A stretch of 64,000 bases of DNA from Paraphysomonas bandaiensis (taxonomy: Eukaryota > Protista > Chrysophyceae), in contig CBFFRP010000527.1 of the NCBI GenBank assembly GCA_965644295.1, forward strand, positions 22,321-86,320, given 5' to 3'. Below the pieces are notes generated by a model, which did not search any database, was not told the DNA's origin, and worked only from the letters and a program-made list of their open reading frames with translations. How positions within the stretch are numbered: position 1 is the stretch's first letter; every line of letters begins with the position of its first letter. A program made the translations under genes and the position numbers. Below are positions 47,252 through 62,200 of this stretch, one piece after another.

Positions 47252-50200
47252 CTAGTTTTTTTTATCTTGTTTAATGACGCCTTTTTTCATAGGCGAAACA
47301 GGGGTGCGTCCGGTTGCTGCTGGACTCTGGCTTTGCAAACGGATGGAAGGAGAATTCCGCACTGGACTGGCAGATCGCGGTCCCGATGATACTCCGACAC
47401 TGTGCGACCGAAGTGGGGGGCTAGAAGTAGGATATATACCCAGGTTACGCTGTGGATGGCGAGCTGGCGCTGCTGTGCGGGTCCCCCGCTGCTTGTTAAT
47501 GGCATGTTGTTTGTTTACACTTCCTCTTGTAGATGTTGTAACCCGCTGTGTAGATGGGTCAGGGCTTTTAGATATACCCGGCTCCTGTCGTGGGCGATGC
47601 GTACTCGATAGAGTCGGAGTGGCACGAGGTGTACGAATGTGTGTTACTTTTATCGCATTGTCGTCTTCGTCATCGGAGGATAAAACAATGCTGTCTATTG
47701 TAATTCCCTTACGAGGGGTTTTCTTCTTGGGTTTACTCCCCTGATACTGAAGGTTACGGACACTGCTGATCGGATTGTCGTCGGTATACGGCTGATCTCC
47801 ATCAGACGACAATGACAACACTGTGCCCACTGGTCGCTTTGTAACACTCTTTGGAGTAAATGTCGGTGAAGAGGGTATGTTGGCGGTCGTCATGCTCTTA
47901 GTGTGAGGTTTACTTCCAAATGCGTCATTACCACGCCCTCTTCCGATCAAGAAGTTGAGAAGAGGCGGTTTCTTCTCATTCTTTTCAATATCACTTAGTT
48001 CCTCCTTCTCGTGATCACTATGTTTACCCGGTGATATATTCTTCGAATCTTTTTTATCTCTTCCCGATGAGTTTTTGACACGTCGATCCTGAGAATGTAT
48101 ACCTGGTATGGGAGCTCCATCCACCCTTCGGAATGTGGTAGGAGTGATATTCGGCTTCGGAGCAGGTGAGCTGAGCTGCACATCACTATCACGCGTCTTC
48201 AGTGCGGATGTCTGCTTTCTTATTGTCCGTGGGCGTGCGCTACTAGGTTCCGTCTGAGGTAGAGCATTGTCCGCGTCCCAAGTCCGGGGCTTCGACTGGT
48301 GCTTAATTTTTGGCGGTTTTAGGACTGTGGAGTCAGATTCTGCTTTACTTTTAACAGTTTTCATTCCCATTGGTAACCGCTTTGTTGAACTCAAAGGTTC
48401 TAAACCGGGCCTTTGCGGAGCTTTACGTGCAGGTAAACTGGCACCAGGTTTACGAGGCACATTATTGGATCGATCACTACTTGGAGAGTTTACAGAATCT
48501 ATGAACGCCGATGACCCCACGATTCTCACACTAAGGTTACAGTCACTGTCATCATCAGATGATCCGTCAAGATTTATAGGCGAGTCTTGCCACACCCGGT
48601 TGCCTTCGGATTTAGTGCCGATAGTATCTTTCGGAGCAACACGAGGAATGCTCTTCTCTTGTTTGCAGGCACGGTGAATACTCTCTAACGGTGGAACTGG
48701 GCTGCTCGAATGTCCTCGTTTCGAAGGTGATGGCGTAGATTCTGTTCGATGTATATCCGAATACTGTTGTGACGGCTCGTCAAGTTTTCCAATACCAGTG
48801 GGGCGAGGGGAAGTCGGTTCTGAAGGCGTCGTCGATGCAACACTGTCAGTGTGGCTAACTGATCTCTTTAACTCAGGAGAGCGCTGATTCTGAACCTTTT
48901 GGATATTCTTCTGGGAATCAGAATTTTCACCAGATAAGTAGGTTGAATCACGTGAATTAGATTTCGTCCGCTCATCATAAACCTTCTCCAGTGATGATTT
49001 CGGTATACCCTGAGTACCCACTTCCGGTGAACCGCTTCGTAACTTCGATGACATGAACCAACCAGACTTTTCTGCTTTCTCTGGTGGGTTGGCGTCACCA
49101 GGGAACAAATCACCGGCAAGGCCTCTCAGGGGATAAAGAGGTAGAACGTTGTGATCTGGAGAATGAGTCGCGTCGTCATCCAGTGGTATTGAATCACGAG
49201 GCCTTCCTGCAGTCTCATCAATAACTGTAGTCTCATCCCCGAGCAAGGAGCTCTGAGACTTCAATAGCTCCTTGCGGCGAGCGGCTGCCCGCTTCGCATA
49301 GTCCTCTCGATTAGTTTCCAGTGGTCGCATAACAGGTGCAGATTTTCCGTGACTTGAATCATTTTCATCATAATCCCAATCGCAAATAAATGGCTTATTG
49401 CATGGCACGCCCACAAATGCAGTAGATGCGAGCTCTTCGTCAGAGTGTAAATAGGATTCATGTGATTCTGTCTTCTCAGCAGCATACTTAGCGCTCCAGA
49501 ATCTGCATATACAACATAGGATAAAAAGTAGCACCAATATTCCCGGTACATAGTAGTACCAATACTTCCTGCCAACCACTTCTGCCGAGTCAATAATTGT
49601 AAAGGTCTCATCTTGAGGAGTTGGGGCTAACGTTGGAGCTGCAGTTTTGACTTCATCGATTGCGAAACCATCATCAAACTGGGGAAGAATAAATAATGCT
49701 TCAGCTGTATCGTTGAAGTGTGTACTTCCATACTTTCTTGATAAAGAAATGAAATCAGAACCAACCGATGCCTGTGTAAAAGTGTCGTTGACACTCTGTT
49801 TCATAGCGGTAGCGAATGTACTTGAATCCGCATACTGTCGTTTCGGTACAACCGCTTTCACTGAATATCCCACTCTGGTTATTGTATTTAATAAGGCAAG
49901 ATTTCTGTGAGAATTGTGCCTTCTCAGATTCTGAGTGCCAGTTCTAGACTGCGATAGGGATTCATATACTGAAAAATTAACTTGAGATGGTGTCGAAATA
50001 GTGGTTACTGATAATATCTGAATATTTTTTGCTAGTATAACTCCTGCGGACATGGATGACACAATGAGTTCTTTGAATGCAGTTTCTGCTGGAGCGTCAA
50101 ACATATAAGCTTGGATTCCAAATATATCCTGTCTACCAGTGACACTGACAACACTTACAACTTCGAAAAACGTCGTTGGTAGACTTGAGGGTATGCTCGT

Positions 50201-53200
50201 TGGGCTGGTTGGTGCACTTGTCGGTTGCGATGACGGCTGGCTACTTGGTTGGAGAGTGGGCTCTCCAGTAGGTTGACCCGTCGGTGACCCCGTTGGTTGG
50301 CCCGACGGCCGCACTGTGGGTTGGCTACTGGGCTGTCCAGAAGGTTGACAGGTCGGTTGTCCAGAAGGCATTCCGGAAGGTTGTGAACTTGGAAAGCTTG
50401 TGGGCAGGCATGTTGGTTCTCTCGTCGGCACACTTGTTGGCTGACCAGAAGGCTGGCTAGTTGGTTGACCAGTAGGCTGCCCTGTGGGTTGGCTTGTGGG
50501 TTGACAAGTTGGCTGTCCGGAAGGTATACCGGTCGGAATACAAGTTGGCTGAGCTGACGGCTGACTAGTGGGAGCAGCTGTAGGTTGGCCTGTGGGTTGG
50601 GCTGTGGGTTGTCCTGACGGCGCGGATGTTGGCTGTCCTGTAGGCTGTCCAGTTGGATCACATGTGGGAATACCCGACGGTTGCCCTGTAGGAATGTCAG
50701 TTGGACCACTCGTAGGCTCTCCTGTTGGATGTCCACTAGGCTCTCCAGTAGGTTCACCAGTAGGGTAACATGTGGGTTGTCCGGTGGGGTATGAACTAGG
50801 TTCACTCGTTGGTTGTGCTGTTGGCTGTCCAGAAGGTTGTCCAGTAGGCTGACTTGTCGGTTGTCCTGTTGGTTTCCCTGTAGGCTGGCCAGTTGGTCTT
50901 CCAGAAGGTTGACCAGTAGGATTGCTTGTTGGTTGGCCAGTAGGCTGACCGGTGGGTTGACAAGATGGTTGGCCTGTGGGCTGACCTGTAGGTTGACCAG
51001 TAGGTTCTCCAGTTGGTTGGCTCGTTGGCTCCCCAGAGGGCTGCCCAGTAGGCTGACCGGACGGCTCTCCAGTTGGCTGTCCTGTAGGCAACGACTCACG
51101 CAAAAACATTTGAGTGAACAATGGATGACCCTGGTGGTCACATGGACCAGAGTTTACTCCAGTACTCGAAACCTCAATTGTAACTGAACCACCCAGCGGT
51201 TCTTCCACGAATTCTGAAATATCCATATCAACAATACAATGGTACCACCTATCACCGCAAGATTCACCAGGAATACAATGCGCCATAACTACTGCTCCGT
51301 TGATTTTAATAGTCGCATACTGATTAGCTATAATTGCAAAATTTGTAGGATAAACATCAACAGAAAGAAACAAAGAGTAAGCGCTATTCACATATGACAA
51401 ACCATCGACCTCCCATAAAACTGGAGATGAGTCACTTCCACCACCAGTAAACTGTAAGCCCAGTGGAAACATATACGTTGGATGAGAACTCGGTTCGCCA
51501 GAGGGCACGACTGTTGGTTGACTTGAAGGCTGTCCAGTGGGCTGAGAAGTAGGTCGAATTGAAGGTAGAGCACTTGGTTGTCCAGAAGGAATACTGGTAG
51601 GCTGCAGAGTGGGCACGCCAGATGGCTGCCCACTAGGTAATGCGGTAGGCAATCCACTAGGTTGACCAGAAGGCCGGTATGTTGGATGACCTGATGGATA
51701 ACCGGTAGGCTGACACGTTGGCTGGCCTGTCGGGTTTCCTGACGGTTGTCCGGACGGCTCACTGGAGGGCTGACCAGTCGGTTCACCTGTTGGGAGAATC
51801 GAAGGAATACTTGACGGTTCGCCTGTTGGTTCCCGTGACGGCTGCCCGGTGGGTTTTCCAGTTGGCTGTAACGTTGGTTGACCGGAAGGCAGACATGTTG
51901 GCTCAGATGTAGGGGAAGGTGTAGGCTGTTCAGTAGGTTGGCCACTCGGCTGCCCAGTTGGTATACCACTGGGTTCACTTGTCGGTTGATTTGTTGGTCC
52001 ACTCGTTGGCTGACTCGTGGGTTGGCTAGATGGCAGCCCACTGGGCTGGCTGGATGGTTGTCCACTGGGTTGAACAGTCGGTTGACAAGTTGGTATACCA
52101 CTGGGCTGACTGCTTGGTGTACCGGTCGGATAGAATGTGGGTAATGCGCTTGGTTCAGATGAAGGCTTACCAGAAGGTTGACCTGTAGGTTCACCAGTTG
52201 GCTCAGTTGTAGGCTGCGATGAAGGTTGACCCGTCGGCTGAGCACTCGGCTGACTCGTGGGTTGCTCGCTAGGCTGACTCGATGGGGTAATACTAGGTGC
52301 ACCACTAGGAATACATGTTGGAAATGACGTAGGACAACCAGATGGCTGCCCTGTTGGCAACCCCGTTGGGTCTCCTGTTGGTACTTTACTTGGGAGAGAT
52401 GTTGGTTGACCAGAAGGGTAACTACTGGGATTGCTCGTAGGTTGACCAGATGGTATGCTGGACGGTAGACCCGAAGGGACAACAGTGGGAAAGACCGTTG
52501 GAATACCAGATGGTTGTGCACTAGGTTTCCCAGTGGGATAGCCAGTTGGCACACCCGTAGGTTGACTGCTTGGAATAGCCCCTCTCAATTGCAGATGTGT
52601 GTATAGCGGATAGCCCATGTAGTCACATGGTCCTCCTGTCACACCAGTGCTTGATACCTCAATCGTTAAACTCCCTCCCAATGGCTCAGACACATAATCT
52701 GATATATCCATATCATAGAAGCAATTGTAATATGACGAGCCACATTCCTCAGCAGGTGTACAATATTCCATAACTGTTACGTTGTTGACCTTAATTGTAG
52801 CCCACTGAGTAGCCATAGACCCATAGCTGGTGGGGAAAACATCAACTGTCAAATATAGTGGGTACGAGGAGTTAGCCCATCCAAGACTATCAGGTGTCCA
52901 CACTACGGGGAAAGAATTTCTTCCTCCTCTAAACACCTCCAATGCTAAAGGATATTGATAGGTAGGGTGACCGGAGGGTACTCCACTTGGTTGCCCAGAT
53001 GGAACAGCGGAAGGAACACTGGTAGGCTGACCAGTAGTGGGTAGTCCTGTAGGCCTACAAGTTGGATTTCCAGTGGGTTGAGATGATGGTTGACCAGTAG
53101 GTTGTCCCGTGGGTTGCGTTGATGGTGTCGATGTCGGTTGCTCCGAAGGTACTCCAGTAGGTGGACAAGAAGGTTCACTGGACGGCTGCCCTGACGGTTG

Positions 53201-56200
53201 TCCACTTGGTACGCACGTTGGTCGCGATGTAGGTTGCCCAGTCGGTTCGCTAGTGGGTTGTCCGCTGGGAACAACCGTTGGTTGCCCTGTAGGCTGGCTT
53301 GTAGGTTGAGACGACGGCTGATTAGTAGGTTGACCTGTCGGTAATCCACTAGGCAAAGTCGTTGGCTGACCACTTGGACGACCCGTTGGTTGAACTGTCG
53401 GTATCTCAGATGGTACGCTACTTGGTTCACTGCTAGGTACAGTACTAGGTAGAATCGTAGGTGAACTAGTGGGCTGCCCTGTAGGTTCTCCACTTGGTTG
53501 ACCAGTCGGCTGACTTGATGGCATTCCGGATGGTATCCGAGTAGGTTGCCCAGATGGGATACCACTGGGTACAGAAGAAGGGATGCAAGTTGGTAGACCA
53601 GTGGGTACGATAGTTGGTTGGCCAGTGGGCAAACCACTAGGCTGTCCCGTCGGCTGGACGGTAGGTTCACCTGTAGGTGTACTAGATGGCTGACTTGAAG
53701 GCATATCGGTGGGCTGACCAGACGGATGTCCAGTTGGCTGACCAGACGGATAGCTACTGGGCTCACCAGACGGCTCAAAAGATGGTGTGGAAGTCGGCCT
53801 TCCGCTGGGTATACAAGTGGGAGTACTAGATGGCAGAGTAGTTGGATAGCTGGTAGGTTCACTTGACGGTTTACCCGTTGGCTGACCAGTTGGTGGTCCG
53901 CTCGGAATGCTACTTGGCTCTGAAGTTGGTTGTCCTGACGGCTGACTAGTTGGAAGTGATGAAGGTAGTTCTGTCGGTGTACCTGACGGCAGGCCACTCG
54001 GTAAGTAACTAGGATGACCACTGGGTATAGCACTGGGATACCCTGTGGGCTGTCCAGAGGGTATCATGGTTGGAGCACATGTTGGTCTTTCAGATGGCGC
54101 TCCAGTTGGAAAACCACTGGGCAAGGGCGTCGGTAACGCTGTCGGGAATCCGCTAGGACACCCAGAAGGAAAAGTAGATGGGAGTGCACTGGGAATGTTA
54201 CTTGGGATAGATGTTGGAATACCAGATGGTTGTGCACTAGGTTTCCCAGTGGGATAGCCAGTTGGCACGCCCGTAGGTTGACTGCTTGGAATAGCCCCTC
54301 TCAATTGCAGATGTGTGTATAGCGGATAGCCCATGTAGTCACATGGTCCTCTTGTCACACCAGTGCTTGATACCTCAATCGTTAAACTCCCTCCCAATGG
54401 CTCAGACACATAATCTGATATATCCATATCATAGAAGCAATTGTAATATGACGAGCCACATTCCTCAGCAGGTGTACAATATTCCATAACTGTTACGTTG
54501 TTGACCTTAATTGTAGCCCACTGAGTAGCCATAGACCCATAGTTGGTGGGGAAAACATCAACTGTCAAATATAGTGGGTACGAGGAGTTAGCCCATCCAA
54601 GACTATCAGGTGTCCACACTACGGGGAAAGAATTTCTTCCTCCTCTAAATACCTCCAATGCTAAAGGATATTGATAGGTAGGGTGACCGGAGGGTACTCC
54701 ACTTGGTTGCCCAGATGGAACAGCGGAAGGAACACAGGTAGGCTGACCAGTAGGAATACATGTGGGTTGACCGGAAGGCTCGCCAGTCGGCTGACCAGAT
54801 GGTTCACCCGTTGGAACACAACTTGGTTGACCAGATGGAACAGACGTAGGTTGACTGCTTGGAGTAGCCCCTCTCAATTGCAGATGTGTGTATAGCGGAT
54901 AGCCCATGTAGTCACATGGTCCTCCTGTCACACCAGTGCTTGATACCTCAATCGTTAAACTCCCTCCCAATGGCTCAGACACATAATCTGATATATCCAT
55001 ATCATAGAAGCAGTTGTAATATGACGAGCCACATTCCTCAGCAGGTGTACAATATTCCATAACTGTTACGTTGTTGACCTTAATTGTAGCCCACTGAGTA
55101 GCCATAGACCCATAGCTGGTGGGGAAAACATCAACTGTCAAATATAGTGGGTACGAGGAGTTAGCCCATCCAAGACTATCAGGTGTCCACACTACGGGGA
55201 AAGAATTTCTTCCTCCTCTAAATACCTCCAATGCTAAAGGATATTGATAGGTAGGGTGACCGGAGGGTACACCACTTGGTTGCCCAGACGGAACAGCGGA
55301 AGGAACACAGGTAGGCTGACCAGTAGGAATACATGTGGGTTGACCGGAAGGCTCACCAGTCGGCTGACCAGATGGTTCACCCGTTGGAACACAACTTGGT
55401 TGACCTGATGGAACAGACGTAGGTTGACCTGTAGGTTGTCCTGTAGGCTGACCAGATGGTTCACCCGTTGGAACACAACTTGGTTGACCTGATGGAACAG
55501 ACGTAGGTTGTCCTGTAGGCTGACCAGATGGTTCACCCGTTGGAACACAAGTTGGTTGACCAGACGGTTGTCCGGTAGGATGCCCGCTGGGCTGACCAGT
55601 AGGAACACATGTGGGTTGACCGGAAGGCTCGCCAGTCGGCTGACCAGATGGTTCACCCGTTGGATCACAACTTGGTTGACCTGATGGAACAGACGTAGGT
55701 TGACCGGAAGGCTCGCCAGTAGGCTGACCAGATGGTTCACCCGTTGGAACACAAGTTGGTTGACCAGACGGCTGTCCGGTAGGATGCCCGCTGGGCTGAC
55801 CAGTAGGAACACATGTGGGTTGACCGGAAGGCTCGCCAGTCGGCTGACCAGATGGTTCACCCGTTGGAACACAAGTTGGTTGACCTGATGGAACAGACGT
55901 AGGTTGACCTGTAGGTTGTCCTGTAGGCTGACCAGATGGTTCACCCGTTGGAACACAACTTGGTTGACCTGATGGAACAGACGTAGGTTGTCCTGTAGGC
56001 TGACCAGATGGTTCACCCGTTGGAACACAAGTTGGTTGACCAGACGGTTGTCCGGTAGGATGCCCGCTGGGCTGACCTGTAGGAACACATGTGGGTTGAC
56101 CGGAAGGCTCGCCAGTCGGCTGACCAGATGGTTCACCCGTTGGAACACAACTTGGTTGACCAGACGGAACAGAAGTAGGTTGACCTGTAGGTTGTCCTGT

Positions 56201-59200
56201 AGGCTGACCAGATGGTTCACCCGTTGGAACACAACTTGGTTGACCAGACGGCTGTCCGGTAGGATGCCCGCTGGGCTGACCAGTAGGAACACATGTGGGT
56301 TGACCGGAAGGCTCGCCAGTCGGCTGACCAGATGGTTCACCCGTTGGAACACAAGTTGGTTGACCTGATGGAACAGAAGTAGGTTGACCTGTAGGTTGTC
56401 CTGTAGGCTGACCAGATGGTTCACCCGTTGGAACACAAGTTGGTTGACCAGACGGTTGTCCGGTAGGATGCCCGCTGGGCTGACCAGTAGGAACACATGT
56501 GGGTTGACCGGAAGGCTCGCCAGTCGGCTGACCAGATGGTTCACCCGTTGGAACACAACTTGGTTGACCTGATGGAACAGACGTAGGTTGACCTGTAGGT
56601 TGTCCTGTAGGCTGACCAGATGGTTCACCCGTTGGAACACAAGTTGGTTGACCAGACGGCTGTCCGGTAGGATGCCCGCTGGGCTGACCAGTAGGAACAC
56701 ATGTGGGTTGACCGGAAGGCTCGCCAGTCGGCTGACCAGATGGTTCACCCGTTGGAACACAACTTGGTTGACCTGATGGAACAGAAGTAGGTTGACCTGT
56801 AGGTTGTCCTGTAGGCTGACCAGATGGTTCACCCGTTGGAACACAAGTTGGTTGACCAGTCGGAACACATGTGGGTTGACCGGAAGGCTCGCCAGTAGGC
56901 TGACCAGATGGTTCACCCGTTGGAACACAAGTTGGTTGACCAGACGGCTGTCCGGTAGGATGCCCGCTGGGCTGACCAGTAGGAACACATGTGGGTTGAC
57001 CTGTAGGTTGTCCTGTAGGCTGACCAGATGGTTCACCCGTTGGAACACAAGTTGGTTGACCAGTAGGAACACATGTGGGTTGACCGGAAGGCTCGCCAGT
57101 CGGCTGACCAGATGGTTCACCCGTTGGAACACATGTTGGTTGACCAGACGGCTGTCCGGTAGGATGCCCGCTGGGCTGACCAGTAGGAACACATGTGGGT
57201 TGACCGGAAGGCTCGCCAGTCGGCTGACCAGATGGTTCACCCGTTGGAACACAAGTTGGTTGACCAGTAGGAACACATGTGGGTTGACCGGAAGGCTCGC
57301 CAGTAGGCTGACCAGATGGTTCACCCGTTGGAACACAAGTTGGTTGACCAGACGGCTGTCCGGTAGGATGCCCGCTGGGCTGACCAGTAGGAACACATGT
57401 GGGTTGACCTGTAGGTTGTCCTGTAGGCTGACCGGATGGTTCACCCGTTGGAACACAAGTTGGTTGACCAGTAGGAACACATGTGGGTTGACCGGAAGGC
57501 TCGCCAGTAGGCTGACCAGATGGTTCACCCGTTGGAACACAAGTTGGTTGACCTGATGGAACAGACGTAGGTTGACCTGTAGGTTGTCCTGTAGGCTGAC
57601 CAGATGGTTCACCCGTTGGAACACAAGTTGGTTGACCAGACGGCTGTCCGGTAGGATGCCCGCTGGGCTGACCAGTAGGAACACATGTGGGTTGACCGGA
57701 AGGCTCGCCAGTCGGCTGACCAGATGGTTCACCCGTTGGAACACAAGTTGGTTGACCAGTAGGAACAGCCGTAGGTTGACCTGTAGGTTGTCCTGTAGGC
57801 TGACCAGATGGTTCACCCGTTGGAACACAACTTGGTTGACCAGACGGCTGTCCGGTAGGATGCCCGCTGGGCTGACCAGTAGGAACACATGTGGGTTGAC
57901 CGGAAGGCTCGCCAGTCGGCTGACCAGATGGTTCACCCGTTGGAACACAACTTGGTTGACCTGATGGAACAGAAGTAGGTTGACCTGTAGGTTGTCCTGT
58001 AGGCTGACCAGATGGTTCACCCGTTGGAACACAACTTGGTTGACCAGACGGCTGTCCGGTAGGATGCCCGCTGGGCTGACCAGTAGGAACACATGTGGGT
58101 TGACCGGAAGGCTCGCCAGTCGGCTGACCAGATGGTTCACCCGTTGGAACACAACTTGGTTGACCTGATGGAACAGAAGTAGGTTGACCTGTAGGTTGTC
58201 CTGTAGGCTGACCAGATGGTTCACCCGTTGGAACACAAGTTGGTTGACCAGACGGCTGTCCGGTAGGATGCCCGCTGGGCTGACCAGTAGGAACACATGT
58301 GGGTTGACCGGAAGGCTCGCCAGTCGGCTGACCAGATGGTTCACCCGTTGGAACACAACTTGGTTGACCTGATGGAACAGACGTAGGTTGACCTGTAGGT
58401 TGTCCTGTAGGCTGACCAGATGGTTCACCCGTTGGAACACAACTTGGTTGACCAGACGGTTGTCCGGTAGGATGCCCGCTGGGCTGACCAGTAGGAACAC
58501 ATGTGGGTTGACCGGAAGGCTCGCCAGTCGGCTGACCAGATGGTTCACCCGTTGGAACACAAGTTGGTTGACCTGATGGAACAGACGTAGGTTGACCTGT
58601 AGGTTGTCCTGTAGGCTGACCAGATGGTTCACCCGTTGGAACACAACTTGGTTGACCAGACGGCTGTCCGGTAGGATGCCCGCTGGGCTGACCAGTAGGA
58701 ACACATGTGGGTTGACCGGAAGGCTCACCAGTCGGCTGACCAGATGGTTCACCCGTTGGAACACAACTTGGTTGACCTGATGGAACAGACGTAGGTTGAC
58801 CTGTAGGTTGTCCTGTAGGCTGACCAGATGGTTCACCCGTTGGAACACAACTTGGTTGACCAGACGGCTGTCCGGTAGGATGCCCGCTGGGCTGACCAGT
58901 AGGAACACATGTGGGTTGACCGGAAGGCTCGCCAGTCGGCTGACCAGATGGTTCACCCGTTGGAACACAACTTGGTTGACCTGATGGAACAGAAGTAGGT
59001 TGACCTGTAGGTTGTCCTGTAGGCTGACCAGATGGTTCACCCGTTGGAACACAACTTGGTTGACCAGACGGCTGTCCGGTAGGATGCCCGCTGGGCTGAC
59101 CAGTAGGAACACATGTGGGTTGACCGGAAGGCTCGCCAGTCGGCTGACCAGATGGTTCACCCGTTGGAACACAACTTGGTTGACCTGATGGAACAGACGT

Positions 59201-62200
59201 AGGTTGACCTGTAGGTTGTCCTGTAGGCTGACCAGATGGTTCACCCGTTGGAACACAACTTGGTTGACCAGACGGCTGTCCGGTAGGATGCCCGCTGGGC
59301 TGACCAGTAGGAACACATGTGGGTTGACCGGAAGGCTCGCCAGTCGGCTGACCAGATGGTTCACCCGTTGGAACACAACTTGGTTGACCTGATGGAACAG
59401 AAGTAGGTTGACCTGTAGGTTGTCCTGTAGGCTGACCAGATGGTTCACCCGTTGGAACACAAGTTGGTTGACCAGACGGCTGTCCGGTAGGATGCCCGCT
59501 GGGCTGACCAGTAGGAACACATGTGGGTTGACCGGAAGGCTCACCAGTCGGCTGACCAGATGGTTCACCCGTTGGAACACAACTTGGTTGACCTGATGGA
59601 GCAGACGTAGGTTGACCTGTAGGTTGTCCTGTAGGCTGACCAGATGGTTCACCCGTTGGAACACAACTTGGTTGACCAGACGGCTGTCCGGTAGGATGCC
59701 CGCTGGGCTGACCAGTAGGAACACATGTGGGTTGACCGGAAGGCTCGCCAGTCGGCTGACCAGATGGTTCACCCGTTGGAACACAACTTGGTTGACCTGA
59801 TGGAACAGAAGTAGGTTGACCTGTAGGTTGTCCTGTAGGCTGACCAGATGGTTCACCCGTTGGAACACAAGTTGGTTGACCAGACGGCTGTCCGGTAGGA
59901 TGCCCGCTGGGCTGACCAGTAGGAACACATGTGGGTTGACCGGAAGGCTCGCCAGTCGGCTGACCAGATGGTTCACCCGTTGGAACACAACTTGGTTGAC
60001 CTGATGGAACAGACGTAGGTTGACCTGTAGGTTGTCCTGTAGGCTGACCAGATGGTTCACCCGTTGGAACACAAGTTGGTTGACCAGACGGCTGTCCGGT
60101 AGGATGCCCGCTGGGCTGACCAGTAGGAACACATGTGGGTTGACCGGAAGGCTCGCCAGTCGGCTGACCAGATGGTTCACCCGTTGGAACACAAGTTGGT
60201 TGACCTGATGGAACAGAAGTAGGTTGACCTGTAGGTTGTCCTGTGGGCTGACCAGATGGTTCACCCGTTGGAACACAAGTTGGTTGACCAGACGGCTGTC
60301 CGGTAGGATGCCCGCTGGGCTGACCAGTAGGAACACATGTGGGTTGACCGGAAGGCTCACCAGTCGGCTGACCAGATGGTTCACCCGTTGGGACACAACT
60401 TGGTTGACCTGATGGAGCAGACGTAGGTTGACCTGTAGGTTGTCCTGTGGGCTGACCAGATGGTTCACCCGTTGGAACACAAGTTGGTTGACCAGACGGC
60501 TGTCCGGTAGGATGCCCGCTGGGCTGACCAGTAGGAACACATGTGGGTTGACCGGAAGGCTCACCAGTCGGCTGACCAGATGGTTCACCCGTTGGAACAC
60601 AACTTGGTTGACCTGATGGAACAGACGTAGGTTGACCTGTAGGTTGTCCTGTAGGCTGACCAGATGGTTCACCCGTTGGAACACAAGTTGGTTGACCAGA
60701 CGGCTGTCCGGTAGGATGCCCGCTGGGCTGACCAGTAGGAACACATGTGGGTTGACCGGAAGGCTCGCCAGTCGGCTGACCAGATGGTTCACCCGTTGGA
60801 ACACAACTTGGTTGACCTGATGGAACAGAAGTAGGTTGACCTGTAGGTTGTCCTGTAGGCTGACCAGATGGTTCACCCGTTGGAACACAAGTTGGTTGAC
60901 CAGACGGCTGTCCGGTAGGATGCCCGCTGGGCTGACCAGTAGGAACACATGTGGGTTGACCGGAAGGCTCGCCAGTCGGCTGACCAGATGGTTCACCCGT
61001 TGGAACACAAGTTGGTTGACCTGATGGAACAGAAGTAGGTTGACCTGTAGGTTGTCCTGTAGGCTGACCAGATGGTTCACCCGTTGGAACACAAGTTGGT
61101 TGACCAGACGGCTGTCCGGTAGGATGCCCGCTGGGCTGACCAGTAGGAACACATGTGGGTTGACCGGAAGGCTCGCCAGTCGGCTGACCAGATGGTTCAC
61201 CCGTTGGAACACAACTTGGTTGACCTGATGGAACAGAAGTAGGTTGACCTGTAGGTTGTCCTGTAGGCTGACCAGATGGTTCACCCGTTGGAACACAAGT
61301 TGGTTGACCAGACGGCTGTCCGGTAGGATGCCCGCTGGGCTGACCAGTAGGAACACATGTGGGTTGACCGGAAGGCTCGCCAGTAGGCTGACCAGATGGT
61401 TCACCCGTTGGAACACAACTTGGTTGACCTGATGGAACAGACGTAGGTTGACCTGTAGGTTGTCCTGTAGGCTGACCAGATGGTTCACCCGTTGGAACAC
61501 AAGTTGGTTGACCAGACGGCTGTCCGGTAGGATGCCCGCTGGGCTGACCAGTAGGAACACATGTGGGTTGACCGGAAGGCTCACCAGTCGGCTGACCAGA
61601 TGGTTCACCCGTTGGAACACAACTTGGTTGACCTGATGGAACAGACGTAGGTTGACCTGTAGGTTGTCCTGTAGGCTGACCAGATGGTTCACCCGTTGGA
61701 GCACAAGTTGGTTGACCAGACGGCTGTCCGGTAGGATGCCCGCTGGGCTGACCAGTAGGAACACATGTGGGTTGACCGGAAGGCTCGCCAGTAGGCTGAC
61801 CAGATGGTTCACCCGTTGGAACACAACTTGGTTGACCTGATGGAACAGACGTAGGTTGACCTGTAGGTTGTCCTGTAGGCTGACCAGATGGTTCACCCGT
61901 TGGAACACAAGTTGGTTGACCAGACGGCTGTCCGGTAGGATGCCCGCTGGGCTGACCAGTAGGAACACATGTGGGTTGACCGGAAGGCTCACCAGTCGGC
62001 TGACCAGATGGTTCACCCGTTGGAACACAACTTGGTTGACCTGATGGAACAGACGTAGGTTGACCTGTAGGTTGTCCTGTAGGCTGACCAGATGGTTCAC
62101 CCGTTGGAGCACAAGTTGGTTGACCAGACGGCTGTCCGGTAGGATGCCCGCTGGGCTGACCAGTAGGAACACATGTGGGTTGACCGGAAGGCTCGCCAGT

